DNA of 64,000 bases from Patescibacteria group bacterium. Lineage in GTDB: Bacteria > Patescibacteriota > Minisyncoccia > UBA6257 > GWB1-50-10. This document shows, piece by piece, positions 19,433 through 29,514 of this stretch (its first letter is position 1; each line of letters starts with the position of its first letter). A program made the translations under genes and the position numbers. The notes under the pieces were generated by a model. It did not search any database. It was not told the origin of the DNA and worked only from the letters and a program-made list of their open reading frames with translations. Where the stretch lies: positions 8,045 to 72,044 of the forward strand of contig JBFLWN010000005.1 of the NCBI GenBank assembly GCA_040757555.1, read 5' to 3'.

Positions 19433-19984
19433 TCATTTTTGTTCAACATATAATTTACCACCCACTACATCTACCACAACAATGGACGATCCTTTTTGAA
19501 TTAGGTTTCCATTTTTTGAATATGCGAAGTATGTTTGTGACTGTCCCTTTACAAGAATTGATACTTCGCCCATTCCCTTTTCTGAGATGGTTGTGGTAAC
19601 TACTCCATTTTGTCCAATACAGGTATTTGGGTTGAGAATTGACGTCGATTGCTGAGAATACAGTATGCGCATAATGCCATACATAAGCCCAGCAGCCAGA
19701 ACACCAACGCCAACGCCGATAACCGAGGCAAGTTCATATGATGCATTGAGATGACGCGCAATAGCGCCCGCCGCACCAAATGCAGTAACAAACGAGCTTA
19801 ACACCTTCATTGAAAAAATACTGATAGTTGGCTCATCACTTATTTCGCCGTGATCGGCATCATGATCAAGATGAACATCATGATCATGATCAAATGCGCC
19901 TTCGTGTTCATCCCCCCCACCAAAAATGTGAGAGCCGATGAGAAAAAGTGCACCTGTAATCGCGATTGAAACAAACACTAACAT
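19433..19984 (-). CDS. NfeD-like membrane protein with His/Asp-rich loop
   Basis: SD AAGGAGG then MLVFVSI at 19984; TM helices, C-terminal OB-like GEV...I.KG..IVVV...LYVE; upstream of flotillin. Confidence 0.85.
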   Translation of the reverse strand: MLVFVSIAITGALFLIGSHIFGGGDEHEGAFDHDHDVHLDHDADHGEISDEPTISIFSMKVLSSFVTAFGAAGAIARHLNASYELASVIGVGVGVLAAGLMYGIMRILYSQQSTSILNPNTCIGQNGVVTTTISEKGMGEVSILVKGQSQTYFAYSKNGNLIQKGSSIVVVDVVGGKLYVEQK

Positions 19985-20169
19985 TTTTTCCTCCTTCTTT
20001 GATTTGTGAATTCTGTATATAGATTTGTCAATTTGTATTGCTGGCAGTATTCTAACATTTATAATATAAATGTCAATACCTAGTAGATTTGACAAATACA
20101 CGCAAAATATTTATTGTATCTCAAGCACTATTAAATAAATATTTCTAATAAAAGGAATGGAGGTATCAT

Positions 20170-21333
20170 ATGGAATCAGGAATTTTAGTTGCTTTCATTA
20201 TTGTTTTTTTGATTGGTCTCGGTATTGGATTTGCTTGGGGGAAAAAAACAAGAAAAGAAGAGAGAGAAGATAATCTTCGTTTTCAACAATCGCCATCACA
20301 ATTTGTATCTCCCCCACCACGAAGAAAAAGTCCTATTGAGGAGTTTGGCGATAGACTGAATGAATTACTGAGAACAAATGATCTAAAAACTGCATTTTTT
20401 TCTGCATTCAATGAAGTGAGTAATAAGTTTTCTGACGGTGATAGGTTAAATTTTGCAGAAGCATTAGAAGAGACGGCAAAAAACAGTAAGTATAATCCGT
20501 CAGATCTTGTGACAATAATGGCGGAAGAGAACTACTCACTTGGGAAAATTGCAAACTTTTTGAACGATAACACAAATCTTGAGGTGAAAGAGTTTACTGA
20601 AGCACTTGTTCCATTTGCAAAAGGAGATACTCCAAAACTCAAGGCGGCGGAACTATTAAGCGCCATAGAAAACATCTTTGATCTTAATGATGAGGGTGAA
20701 AATCTTATTCCTTCGCTCATCACATTAGGATGCTCGCCGAACGAAATTGCCGAATCATTGTACGAGAATACATCAATGGACCTTCTGGATGTAATAAAAG
20801 CAATGAAGTGGGAAAATTCTCCTTTGGATATTATCGCACTCGCAAAGAAATTGAAAACCGACCTCACGGATAGCGATGAGTATAAATCACTTCGGGACAC
20901 CGAAGGTATCGATTTTAAAACCGCCGCAAAAATTCTTAAAGAATGTGGAAGTACGGCACTTGATATCCTAAATACCGAAGAAGAATATGACACTATCCCT
21001 GATGATGATACGGATGAAATGAAAAATGTTATTGAGATACTCTCTGCAGCTGAATTTTCAAGAAGCGAAATTCTTGATGCAATATGGGAATCCAATTTTA
21101 TGCAAAATAAAAATGGCGGAGAAATTGTCGATTCGCTTTATGATGCTGGTGTTCCTATGAATGAAATCAATGAACTGCTTATTGCAAAAAATTATGATCT
21201 GGACGATCTCGATCAAGAATTACGTGATAATACAGGCATGGAGTTGAAAACTCGCATAGAGCTCATGCACATGTTTTTGAACACAGATAAGAAAAACCCG
21301 GTAGAAGAAAAGAAGGATGGGGAGAAATCGTAA
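20170..21333 (+). CDS. Hypothetical membrane-anchored acidic helical protein
   Basis: 387-aa ORF with SD GGAGG, N-terminal TM, downstream terminator. Confidence 0.7.
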   Translation: MESGILVAFIIVFLIGLGIGFAWGKKTRKEEREDNLRFQQSPSQFVSPPPRRKSPIEEFGDRLNELLRTNDLKTAFFSAFNEVSNKFSDGDRLNFAEALEETAKNSKYNPSDLVTIMAEENYSLGKIANFLNDNTNLEVKEFTEALVPFAKGDTPKLKAAELLSAIENIFDLNDEGENLIPSLITLGCSPNEIAESLYENTSMDLLDVIKAMKWENSPLDIIALAKKLKTDLTDSDEYKSLRDTEGIDFKTAAKILKECGSTALDILNTEEEYDTIPDDDTDEMKNVIEILSAAEFSRSEILDAIWESNFMQNKNGGEIVDSLYDAGVPMNEINELLIAKNYDLDDLDQELRDNTGMELKTRIELMHMFLNTDKKNPVEEKKDGEKS

Positions 21334-21446
21334 CCATTCCAAAATATAAAAACCACCAAATATATCGGTGGTTTTTTAATGGCAAGAAGATATTATATCT
21401 TAAGTAATATTTCATTTAATCCAAAAACAGAGTAAATTTACGATAT

Positions 21447-22160
21447 ATGCCACCAGAATTTACCATAGTAATCCCCGCAAAAAATGAGGAACACTATATA
21501 GGAAAGCTACTCGAATCAATCAGGGATCAGGATTATCAAAATATAAAAGATGTGCCGATTTTTGTTGCGGACGCTGAATCAACCGACCACACACGCGCGG
21601 TTGTCGAAACATTTTCTAATATACTGAACATCGCCATCATCAAAGGTGGTCCTGTTGCAGTCGGAAGAAACAATGGCGCTGAATATGCAAATACAAAGTA
21701 TCTTTTGTTTATCGATGCCGATGTTGAATTGAAAGATAAAACAATACTACGGCGAACGATAGAAATAATGGAGAAAAAGAAACTTCATTGTGTAGGTGCA
21801 TATATACAATGCAGTAATGGAACAATACCTGATCATTTCACTTATTTTTTGAACAACCTTGTCCAATTTTTCGCTCGGTTTTCTTCCCCGTTCGCAGTGG
21901 GGGCGTTTATGTGCATACGAAAAGACATTTTTGAAACATTAGGAAAATTCAATACAAACATACACTTTGCCGAGGATTATTTCCTTTCAAAAGATATTTC
22001 CCCAAGAAAATTCAGAATAATTGGAAGTGTATTTACCGATAATAGAAGGTTTAAAAAGGTGGGTCACTGGAATATGGTAAAAAAATTTGTGAGAGTCGCC
22101 TTGAACGCAAAAAATCAATCTTATTTCTTCAAACACAAGCCCGAAGATTATTGGGATTAA
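21447..22160 (+). CDS. Glycosyltransferase family 2
   Basis: IVIPAKNEE, STD, GRNNGA, FIDAD, AEDY. Confidence 0.92.
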   Translation: MPPEFTIVIPAKNEEHYIGKLLESIRDQDYQNIKDVPIFVADAESTDHTRAVVETFSNILNIAIIKGGPVAVGRNNGAEYANTKYLLFIDADVELKDKTILRRTIEIMEKKKLHCVGAYIQCSNGTIPDHFTYFLNNLVQFFARFSSPFAVGAFMCIRKDIFETLGKFNTNIHFAEDYFLSKDISPRKFRIIGSVFTDNRRFKKVGHWNMVKKFVRVALNAKNQSYFFKHKPEDYWD

Positions 22161-22164
22161 AAAC

Positions 22165-22196
22165 GTCTAGGAAAGTACGATCGTACTTTCCTAGAC
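22165..22196. repeat. Perfect 32-bp palindrome
   Basis: GTCTAGGAAAGTACGA|TCGTACTTTCCTAGAC. Confidence 0.9.
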
Positions 22197-22221
22197 ACTG
22201 TGTTCTCTAGTGTAAAGAAAA

Positions 22222-22249
22222 ATCCCGCCGTTCCATGGAACGGCGGGAT
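22222..22249. repeat. Perfect 28-bp palindrome, probably a terminator
   Basis: ATCCCGCCGTTCCA|TGGAACGGCGGGAT with an A tract on the left. Confidence 0.8.
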
Positions 22250-22257
22250 AAATGGTG

Positions 22258-22485
22258 TTATTTCGGCTGACTTTCTTGTTTTAGAAGATAAATTTGCCGT
22301 TCAAAATTCATAAGTTGTTTGTTCAATGTTTGTATGGTTTCCACATTTTTCCCGATAAGCACATCAGTGATATACACTTGCCACCAATACATCACACCAA
22401 CCGCAATGATAATAATCACGGTTTGCCCAATAATAAAATATAAAATACTTTTCCCCCCAGTTTTCTTCTGATTCATAGAATACAC
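22258..22485 (-). CDS. Small single-TM hypothetical protein
   Basis: TM followed by short coiled coil. Confidence 0.55.
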   Translation of the reverse strand: MYSMNQKKTGGKSILYFIIGQTVIIIIAVGVMYWWQVYITDVLIGKNVETIQTLNKQLMNFERQIYLLKQESQPK

Positions 22486-22607
22486 AAGATTCTGATGACC
22501 TTTCTTTGATTATACCATACTGAAAACCCGGAGAACCCAAGAAATTGACTAAATCTTGTTTTTCTATCACTATAGTACAAGCTCATAAAAATAAAGAGGT
22601 GTGTGAA

Positions 22608-22964
22608 ATGACAACAGAAACAAGGAGTTTTCTCCAAAGTGTCCTAAAAAATGAATTTGATCCCATTCAAGATGAAATTTATGCTATCGTTCCAGAAGGT
22701 AAAAAAAATATCGCTGTTGCCCGCGCATGGCTTGAAAGTAAGGGAAAAACAATTCTTTTTCTTGTATGGAAAAGAAATTCCGGTCGCATGAAGTATATGC
22801 AAATCAAGAAAGTTGCCAATAGAGAAGAACTTCACGTAGACCAAATTGTTGTTCAAAATGGGATGGTAATTATCTCAATTGACGCAGGTGAAGGATATGG
22901 AAAAAGACATCTCATGGAAAAAAGAGAAATCCCCTTATCTGAACTAAAGGGACTAAAGAAATAA
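22608..22964 (+). CDS. Hypothetical protein
   Basis: SD GAGGTG, ATG 22608, terminator after stop. Confidence 0.6.
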   Translation: MTTETRSFLQSVLKNEFDPIQDEIYAIVPEGKKNIAVARAWLESKGKTILFLVWKRNSGRMKYMQIKKVANREELHVDQIVVQNGMVIISIDAGEGYGKRHLMEKREIPLSELKGLKK

Positions 22965-23007
22965 AATAAAAATCCCCCGCTAAACGCGAGGGATTTTTTT
23001 GTCGGTA

Positions 23008-23313
23008 TTAAAACCTTCGTGGAGGTCTTCGATCTCTATCATAATCTCTCCTTGGAGGCCTATCTCCCATTGGTTTTGCTTCATTAACCACCAATGTGCG
23101 TCCGCCAAATTCTTTTCCGTTCCATGTTTCTATCGCTTTTTCCGCTTCATCGTCATTTGCCATTTCGACAAATCCGAATCCACGTGAGCGTCCGGTCATT
23201 TTATCAGTGATGATTGATGCTCCGGTCACTTCTCCAGTTTGTGCAAACACTCCTTTCAATTCGTCCTCGGTAGTGGAATATGGTAATCCTCCGACATATA
23301 GTCTCTTTGACAT
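23008..23313 (-). CDS. RRM (RNP-1) RNA-binding protein
   Basis: LYVGGL RNP2, RGFGFVEM RNP1, VNEAKP. Confidence 0.95.
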   Translation of the reverse strand: MSKRLYVGGLPYSTTEDELKGVFAQTGEVTGASIITDKMTGRSRGFGFVEMANDDEAEKAIETWNGKEFGGRTLVVNEAKPMGDRPPRRDYDRDRRPPRRF

Positions 23314-23473
23314 ATATTTATGTGAATTTAAATTACTGTAGGACGACCCTCTTCTCTCCCGCCGCCCTCAAGTGATGAGAACCATATCTCACAAACTAAA
23401 GAAACAAAGCGTCTGAGACCCTACAGGTATGATAGTACAACTATTCTCCGTAATGTAAAGGCTGTGTATATCT

Positions 23474-24787
23474 CTAAAATGAGAACCTCTCATAATGGAC
23501 ACGTCTTCTCGGAATACCTATCTCTTTGAGTGCATCCAATACTCCCTTCATCATAGGCGATGGACCACAGAGATAGATATCGCGCTCTTTCACATCGGGA
23601 ACAAGCCGAAGAATTTTTTCCTTATCAATAAATCCTTTTTCTCCGTTCCATTTTTCATCGTTACTCAACACGTGATACACACGAAATCCGTCCTTCAAAA
23701 AAGAATTTAACTCCTCTTTAAAAATAATATCTTTCTCTTCTCTGTTTCCCCAGAGAAGAACTTCATCTTTCTTTCCTGAAAAATATTCTATGAGTGATCG
23801 TATGGGAGTGATTCCAATACCTCCCGCGATATGAAGAACCTTTTTTTCTTCGCTTACTTTATGGGTAAATATGCCGTGGGGACCATCAATAAGAACCGGA
23901 GTACCAATCGGAATACGGGAAATCTTTTCACTGAAATCTCCAAGACTCTTCACGGTGATTCTGATAAAAGTGCCATTCGGGGCAACGGAAAGAGAATACG
24001 GATGTGCATCAAAGAAAAAGTTTTTATGCAAAAAACGAAATATAAAAAATTGACCCGGATCAAGATGGAACTTCTCCATATGTTTTCCCGAAATGTAAAT
24101 CGAAACACATTCATTATTTTCGTGTACCACCCGGTCAACAAAAAACCGATGTTTCCAGAAATTATACAATGGGGTGAAAAAACGATAAAAAAGCAAATTT
24201 CCAAAAACGAATATATACAGTACATACCAATACACCACGAAGGGAGTATTATTTTGGAAATCTCCCCCATTTTCTATCTGATGTCCGAATGCAAGCGCAA
24301 TTGCGACATACATCCCAAGATGCATTACATACCACCATTCATATTTCAATTTTTTCTTTATGAGAGAAAACGAAATAACAATGAGGAAAATAAAAATGAG
24401 GAACGCCGCATATGCCTGAAGCATATCACTCCAATTGAATAGAAATAGTTTTGTTTGTTCAATATACGATACCTCACTAAATCCCTTATATGCGGTAGTG
24501 ATAAAAAATGGATGTAAAAAAACAAAGAAAAGAGTGGCCACTCCATTTATGTGGTGAATGCGAAATAATTTATCCAACCCAAAAAGAGATTCAACCCACT
24601 TTACTCGCCCAATAAGCACTAACTGAAAAAGAGATGCAAATGCAGCGAGGAGACCCGCAAGGCGCCCAAGCGACAATACCACTTGCCGTATATCACCGAA
24701 AAGCAAAGCGCCCGATTTTTGAAACCAAAAAAACAAAAGGAGTCCAAAAACAAGAACGCATAAAATAAATAAAAATAATTTTTTCAT
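23474..24787 (-). CDS. Ferric reductase-like transmembrane flavocytochrome
   Basis: TM His pairs, PGQF, HPYSLS, GPHG, AGGIGITP, LCGP, ERF. Confidence 0.9.
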   Translation of the reverse strand: MKKLFLFILCVLVFGLLLFFWFQKSGALLFGDIRQVVLSLGRLAGLLAAFASLFQLVLIGRVKWVESLFGLDKLFRIHHINGVATLFFVFLHPFFITTAYKGFSEVSYIEQTKLFLFNWSDMLQAYAAFLIFIFLIVISFSLIKKKLKYEWWYVMHLGMYVAIALAFGHQIENGGDFQNNTPFVVYWYVLYIFVFGNLLFYRFFTPLYNFWKHRFFVDRVVHENNECVSIYISGKHMEKFHLDPGQFFIFRFLHKNFFFDAHPYSLSVAPNGTFIRITVKSLGDFSEKISRIPIGTPVLIDGPHGIFTHKVSEEKKVLHIAGGIGITPIRSLIEYFSGKKDEVLLWGNREEKDIIFKEELNSFLKDGFRVYHVLSNDEKWNGEKGFIDKEKILRLVPDVKERDIYLCGPSPMMKGVLDALKEIGIPRRRVHYERFSF

Positions 24788-26508
24788 TATTCCCCCTTAC
24801 ATTTTTTACATAAATCTTTCACTGCGGCTGGCACCATTTCACACGAAGGAGCCATCATAAAATTCCTACACATATCTTCACTCAAAGCACCCTGGGGCGT
24901 ACCCATGGGAATTCCCTGAGGAGATACCATTCCACTTGGAATATTTTGGGGAATAACTCCCCTCATTTCTTCCTCAATAAGTTTTTTTGCTTCCTCTGGA
25001 CTCCGTATCTCTCCTTGTCGTATTTTCTCTTGTATACCGCTCGACCCAATCTTTTCTTCTATTATTCCCCTCATTTCCTGTGGAACCTGATTCAAACCCT
25101 CTTGCATCTTCTGTTGCATCATTCCCTGCATAACACCGGCACATCCCTCAAATACACCGGCGATTTCTGGTCCAATTTCAACATCTTCTCCACGTTTTAT
25201 TTTTTCTATTGTTTCTTTTCCAATTTTTTCTTCAACACAACCCATCATTTCTGGAGGCATTGTCTCAAGCGCATCTCTCATTTTTTTTATTCCCTCTTCC
25301 TTCATTTTTGAAAAACAATTTTTCATGACATCGCCCATTTCTGGGGTTGGCGCATCCCCGTTTTTTATCGCATTAAGCTTGTCTGAACCACCCAATCCTT
25401 GTTCTAAGCATTGAATAGTTTCAGGGGTTGCAATCTTCAATCCTTCATTTATTTTTTGCTTTATTTTTGGCAAAAATGCATCAACACATTTTTTTACCTG
25501 GTCTCCAAGTAATGGACCAGGAACCAATGTTCCTCCCTCTATTTTCTGAACAACATCATCTCCAAGATTATTTTTCAAACACCCGACCATCTCTTCTGGC
25601 ATCTGTCGTATCCCAGATCGAAGTCTTCCCATCCCCTCTTCAATTTCTTTTAATTTTTCCTCTGGAATAATGTTATGTTCTTTTGCAAATGCAAAACATA
25701 CCCCTTGGTTTTCTGGTGTATTACAATACGCATCACACGATTCTTTTGATCGACATCCCCCAGGACCCTTTCCCCCAGTTTTCTTTGCCATTTCAATTTC
25801 TTCAGCACTCACAATCCCAGTTTTTTCTGCAAATGAGATACACTCATTGAAATGTGTATCTGCCTCACAATACAATTCACACTCTGCCTTCGTTTTGCAT
25901 TTTCCAGGAGATTCCCCCCGTGTAATATAAGGAAGCACTTTTTTTGCCTGTTCGATTTCTTCTTTTGAAAAAAATCCTGCTTTTTCCCCAAACGCGAGAC
26001 ATTCGTCAACATGTGCTGTGTCCGCACAATATTGTTCACAACTTGACTTGTCCTTACATTGTCCAGGCAATGTTCCTCCTTCTTTTAAAGCTTTAGCAAC
26101 TTGTTTTGCCTGTGCTAAATCTTCAAGTTTTATGAAATTGTGTTTTTCCGCAAAGGCAATACACTCATCTGCGTGCGCAATGTCATTACAATATACTTCA
26201 CAATCAACTTTGTTCCTGCATTGTCCCGGCCCTTCTCCTTTCAATACATCTGCAAATTCTCTTGCCCTCTCCGCATCGTCTTTTGAAATAAGATTATGTT
26301 CTGTTCCAAACGCAGTGCATTCCGTTATATGATCCGGTTGGTTGCAGTATGTCTTACAAGTTTCTTGATTCGTACAGTTTCCCAATTCTTTTACCGGAAA
26401 CACAATTGTGGATACCTGTGCGTCCACAATAATCCAAAAACTTACAAAGATACCTAAAAAAATGATACCAACGGAAAAAAGAAAACGTTTCATATTATTT
26501 ATTTTCAA
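24787..26508 (-). CDS. Secreted/anchored cysteine-rich repeat protein
   Basis: Signal/TM then five Cx5Cx3Cx8C repeats and three or four helical repeats. Confidence 0.8.
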   Translation of the reverse strand: MKINNMKRFLFSVGIIFLGIFVSFWIIVDAQVSTIVFPVKELGNCTNQETCKTYCNQPDHITECTAFGTEHNLISKDDAERAREFADVLKGEGPGQCRNKVDCEVYCNDIAHADECIAFAEKHNFIKLEDLAQAKQVAKALKEGGTLPGQCKDKSSCEQYCADTAHVDECLAFGEKAGFFSKEEIEQAKKVLPYITRGESPGKCKTKAECELYCEADTHFNECISFAEKTGIVSAEEIEMAKKTGGKGPGGCRSKESCDAYCNTPENQGVCFAFAKEHNIIPEEKLKEIEEGMGRLRSGIRQMPEEMVGCLKNNLGDDVVQKIEGGTLVPGPLLGDQVKKCVDAFLPKIKQKINEGLKIATPETIQCLEQGLGGSDKLNAIKNGDAPTPEMGDVMKNCFSKMKEEGIKKMRDALETMPPEMMGCVEEKIGKETIEKIKRGEDVEIGPEIAGVFEGCAGVMQGMMQQKMQEGLNQVPQEMRGIIEEKIGSSGIQEKIRQGEIRSPEEAKKLIEEEMRGVIPQNIPSGMVSPQGIPMGTPQGALSEDMCRNFMMAPSCEMVPAAVKDLCKKCKGE

Positions 26509-26761
26509 ATGGGTTTATGTACGCGCCTTTATATGGATTTACTTCCACCTTAAATGGATTTGTCTCCGGAATTTTTTCTGCGGGATTTTTCGGAATCGCA
26601 TCGTAAATTGTTCCTCCCAGCGTGTTTTCCTGTATTAATTTTTGTTTTTGTATGGCTTGATTATCCTGAGTGTCTTTATTTTTGCCAAAAACAAAAAATA
26701 AGACCACGACGATAACAACAAGAACCAACACAACGATAATGTTTTTTATTTTTGTGTCCAT
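26495..26761 (-). CDS. Small membrane-anchored protein
   Basis: N-terminal TM; repeated NPF/NPY motifs; overlaps the next gene. Confidence 0.7.
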   Translation of the reverse strand: MDTKIKNIIVVLVLVVIVVVLFFVFGKNKDTQDNQAIQKQKLIQENTLGGTIYDAIPKNPAEKIPETNPFKVEVNPYKGAYINPFENK

Positions 26762-26829
26762 AAAATGGCTATGAATATTTTTAAAGACTTTTATTTACAA
26801 ATTCAGTATACCATAGACACAAGGCAAAA

Positions 26830-27675
26830 CTATGTGGAATGCATAACGATATTTCCCGCCTCCTGTAAAACTTTCTTTAATTTTGATTCCGGTAAATTAA
26901 ATTCTTTCAGTGTTGAGGGATCGTCTTTTACTTGTTTGCACAATACGATATTTTTTTGCAAAAGCACATGCTGTTGTCCGGGTCGTAAATTTGAAAGACA
27001 CGTTACCGGATGCAATCCCGAAGACTCAATAAGATCCTGAAGACTTCCATTGTCCGGATAACTCCACCCAATCGCTTTCATTCCCACACATTCCGCATAC
27101 TGAATTGCATCGCTCGTAAGTTTTGTATTGGTAACAAGCCATATCTCCTGAAATTCACAAAGTCCTCCTTTTTCTGCAATACACTTTCGTTTTATATCCT
27201 CAAAACGTGCCTGTACATATAATGCAGTTTTTACATCCGATTTCATCCCCTGCTGGTTATGAAATTTACACTCTACAAGAATTCTTTTTCCATCCTTTTC
27301 GGCTACCACATCAACCTCATGGGTCACACACGCCCCTTGTACAATCTGAGCTATTTTGACGGCATATCCCTTAGCACGAAGCAATTCTCCCACAAAATGC
27401 TCAAACGGATGTCCACTCGGTCCCATGTCCATCACAGCTTTTTTCAAATGATATCGCGTTGCCACCATGCGCTCTTCCCGACGTAAAAGAGAAAACGCCT
27501 GTTTATAGATATCCGATGTGGAAAGCACCGCGCCGTCTTTTAAAAGACGCTCTATGTCGACTACGACACGATCAATGAGCTGGGAGGAAGCTCCCGAACG
27601 CATAAGCGAATTTCTTAACTTTTCCTCGGAAAATAACTCTTTTTGCCCGGATGCTTTTGTAATGAATAAATCCAT
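26830..27675 (-). CDS. ATP-cone domain fused to Mrr-like restriction endonuclease
   Basis: ITKASGQKELFSEEKL ATP cone; FE..V, HEVDV, VECKFH PD-(D/E)xK motif. Confidence 0.85.
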   Translation of the reverse strand: MDLFITKASGQKELFSEEKLRNSLMRSGASSQLIDRVVVDIERLLKDGAVLSTSDIYKQAFSLLRREERMVATRYHLKKAVMDMGPSGHPFEHFVGELLRAKGYAVKIAQIVQGACVTHEVDVVAEKDGKRILVECKFHNQQGMKSDVKTALYVQARFEDIKRKCIAEKGGLCEFQEIWLVTNTKLTSDAIQYAECVGMKAIGWSYPDNGSLQDLIESSGLHPVTCLSNLRPGQQHVLLQKNIVLCKQVKDDPSTLKEFNLPESKLKKVLQEAGNIVMHST

Positions 27676-27744
27676 AGATATCTCTAATTATACATACGAT
27701 TGCAGAATATAAAAACTTGATGTAGTGTGAGAGAAAACAAAAAT

Positions 27745-28857
27745 ATGGAAGAACAAAATAAAAGTTACCAAAACATCAAAGTATCGGGGGTGAAACATTC
27801 GATGATTGAAATTGAAGGTGAAATCACCGCAGAGGCACTGGAAACACATCGAAAAAAGGCGCTTGCAAAAATAAAGAAAGATTTTGAAATGCCAGGATTT
27901 CGAAAAGGAAATGTTCCTGAACACATCCTTGAAAAAAATATCGACAGCAAACATCTTCTTGAAGATGCCGCATACACTGCACTTGAAGAAGCATATCCAA
28001 ATATCGTAGTGGAAAAAAATATTAAGGTATTTACAATTCCAACGATCTCCATCACAAAACTCGCATTCGGAAATCCCGTCTCGTTTAAAATATCCGTTGG
28101 GGTCGTTCCGGAATTCAAACTTCCGAATTACAAAAAAATTGCGGAGGGAATAATGAAGAAAGAAGATGTGGTTACTGTCGAAGACGATGAAATAGAAGGA
28201 GTAATACGTCAGATACAAGTGATGCGCGCACCATTAAAGCCAAAAGAAAAAGAAACTGATGGAGATGAGGTGGCACATCCTGAATTTACCGATGAATTTG
28301 TAAAAACACTTGGGGATTTCAAGGACGTGGATGATTTTAAGAAAAAAGTAAGAGAAAATATTCTCGAAGAAAAGAAATTTGAGGCAAGAAAACAAAAACG
28401 CGAATTACTTGCAAAGAAACTTGTGGAAGAAACCTCGATAGAAATCCCCGCTTCGCTTATTGAGGATGAAGTATCGCGCATAAAAGAACGACTGGAAGAA
28501 GAAATGAAAAAATATAATCTCACAAAAGAAGAATATTTCAAAAAAATCAATAAAACCGAAGAACAATTAATCCAAGAACAACGGGAATACATCACTAATC
28601 AGCACAAAACAAAACTCATTTTAAAGAAAATCGCTGAAGAGGAAAAAATAGTACCGACAAAAGAAGAACTCGAGCACGAATTCAATCATTTAATCGAACA
28701 CTATAAGGATGTTGATCCCTATCGCGCCTACGGATACATCGAAGGGATGCTCACAAACGAAAAAACACTAAGATTTCTCGAGGGAGAAGAAAAAGAAACA
28801 AAAGAAAAAGAGAAAAAGGGAGAAAAAGAAGAAGACACACATTTGCATAGTCATTAA
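27745..28857 (+). CDS. tig: Trigger factor lacking the FKBP PPIase domain
   Basis: PGFRKGNVP ribosome-binding motif; N domain joined directly to PEFTDEFVK and C domain. Confidence 0.9.
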   Translation: MEEQNKSYQNIKVSGVKHSMIEIEGEITAEALETHRKKALAKIKKDFEMPGFRKGNVPEHILEKNIDSKHLLEDAAYTALEEAYPNIVVEKNIKVFTIPTISITKLAFGNPVSFKISVGVVPEFKLPNYKKIAEGIMKKEDVVTVEDDEIEGVIRQIQVMRAPLKPKEKETDGDEVAHPEFTDEFVKTLGDFKDVDDFKKKVRENILEEKKFEARKQKRELLAKKLVEETSIEIPASLIEDEVSRIKERLEEEMKKYNLTKEEYFKKINKTEEQLIQEQREYITNQHKTKLILKKIAEEEKIVPTKEELEHEFNHLIEHYKDVDPYRAYGYIEGMLTNEKTLRFLEGEEKETKEKEKKGEKEEDTHLHSH

Positions 28858-29038
28858 AAACTGTGTTTTAAGCTGGGCTGTGCATAAATCCCTTTGACCA
28901 CACATCGAAACGTTGTTAATATATAAATATCCACAGGAAAGAACGCCACTTGAGATTTTTTCTCCGGTGGTGTTTTTTAATCAAAAAGAAGAACCGCTTT
29001 GTGGGCGGCTCATTTTTTAATGGTGTATATCACTAAAG

Positions 29039-29419
29039 TCAAGAAAAATTAAAATCTCTGATGTGTTTTCTCATTTCTTTCATAGTCTGCTCCACTAATC
29101 GGTAAAATTCATCTGAAGGAAGATTTAATTCACGCATGGTGTCCTCGGGAGACCTATCTTCAAACAAATATAAGTCAAAAAGTTTCCGTTGTTCTCCGGT
29201 AAATTCTCCATTTGTGCGAAGAAGCACCTCCCTTACCATATCATTTCTCCTTGTTCGGATGGTTTCTGCACGAGAGAGATTCTTTTGGCGCTCAATATCG
29301 ATTTTGGACAAAACTTTTGGAGCCTCCTGCACTCCTGGTGCCATCTCTGTTTTTTTCTGTTCTTGCGCTTTTTCCCTCTCTCTCTTTTCCTTCCTTTCCT
29401 TCTTTTTACTCGACGACAT
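29039..29419 (-). CDS. Hypothetical protein with sigma-70 region-4-like HTH
   Basis: EQRKLFDLYLFEDRSPEDTMRELNL pattern. Confidence 0.5.
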   Translation of the reverse strand: MSSSKKKERKEKREREKAQEQKKTEMAPGVQEAPKVLSKIDIERQKNLSRAETIRTRRNDMVREVLLRTNGEFTGEQRKLFDLYLFEDRSPEDTMRELNLPSDEFYRLVEQTMKEMRKHIRDFNFS

Positions 29420-29514
29420 AGGATGCCTCGCGTTTTTTAATTTTTAAATGAGTGAGTTAACTGAAACTAAATTTAGAATAGAAAAAAATAAGCCCCTTGT
29501 CCAGGGGTTATTTT

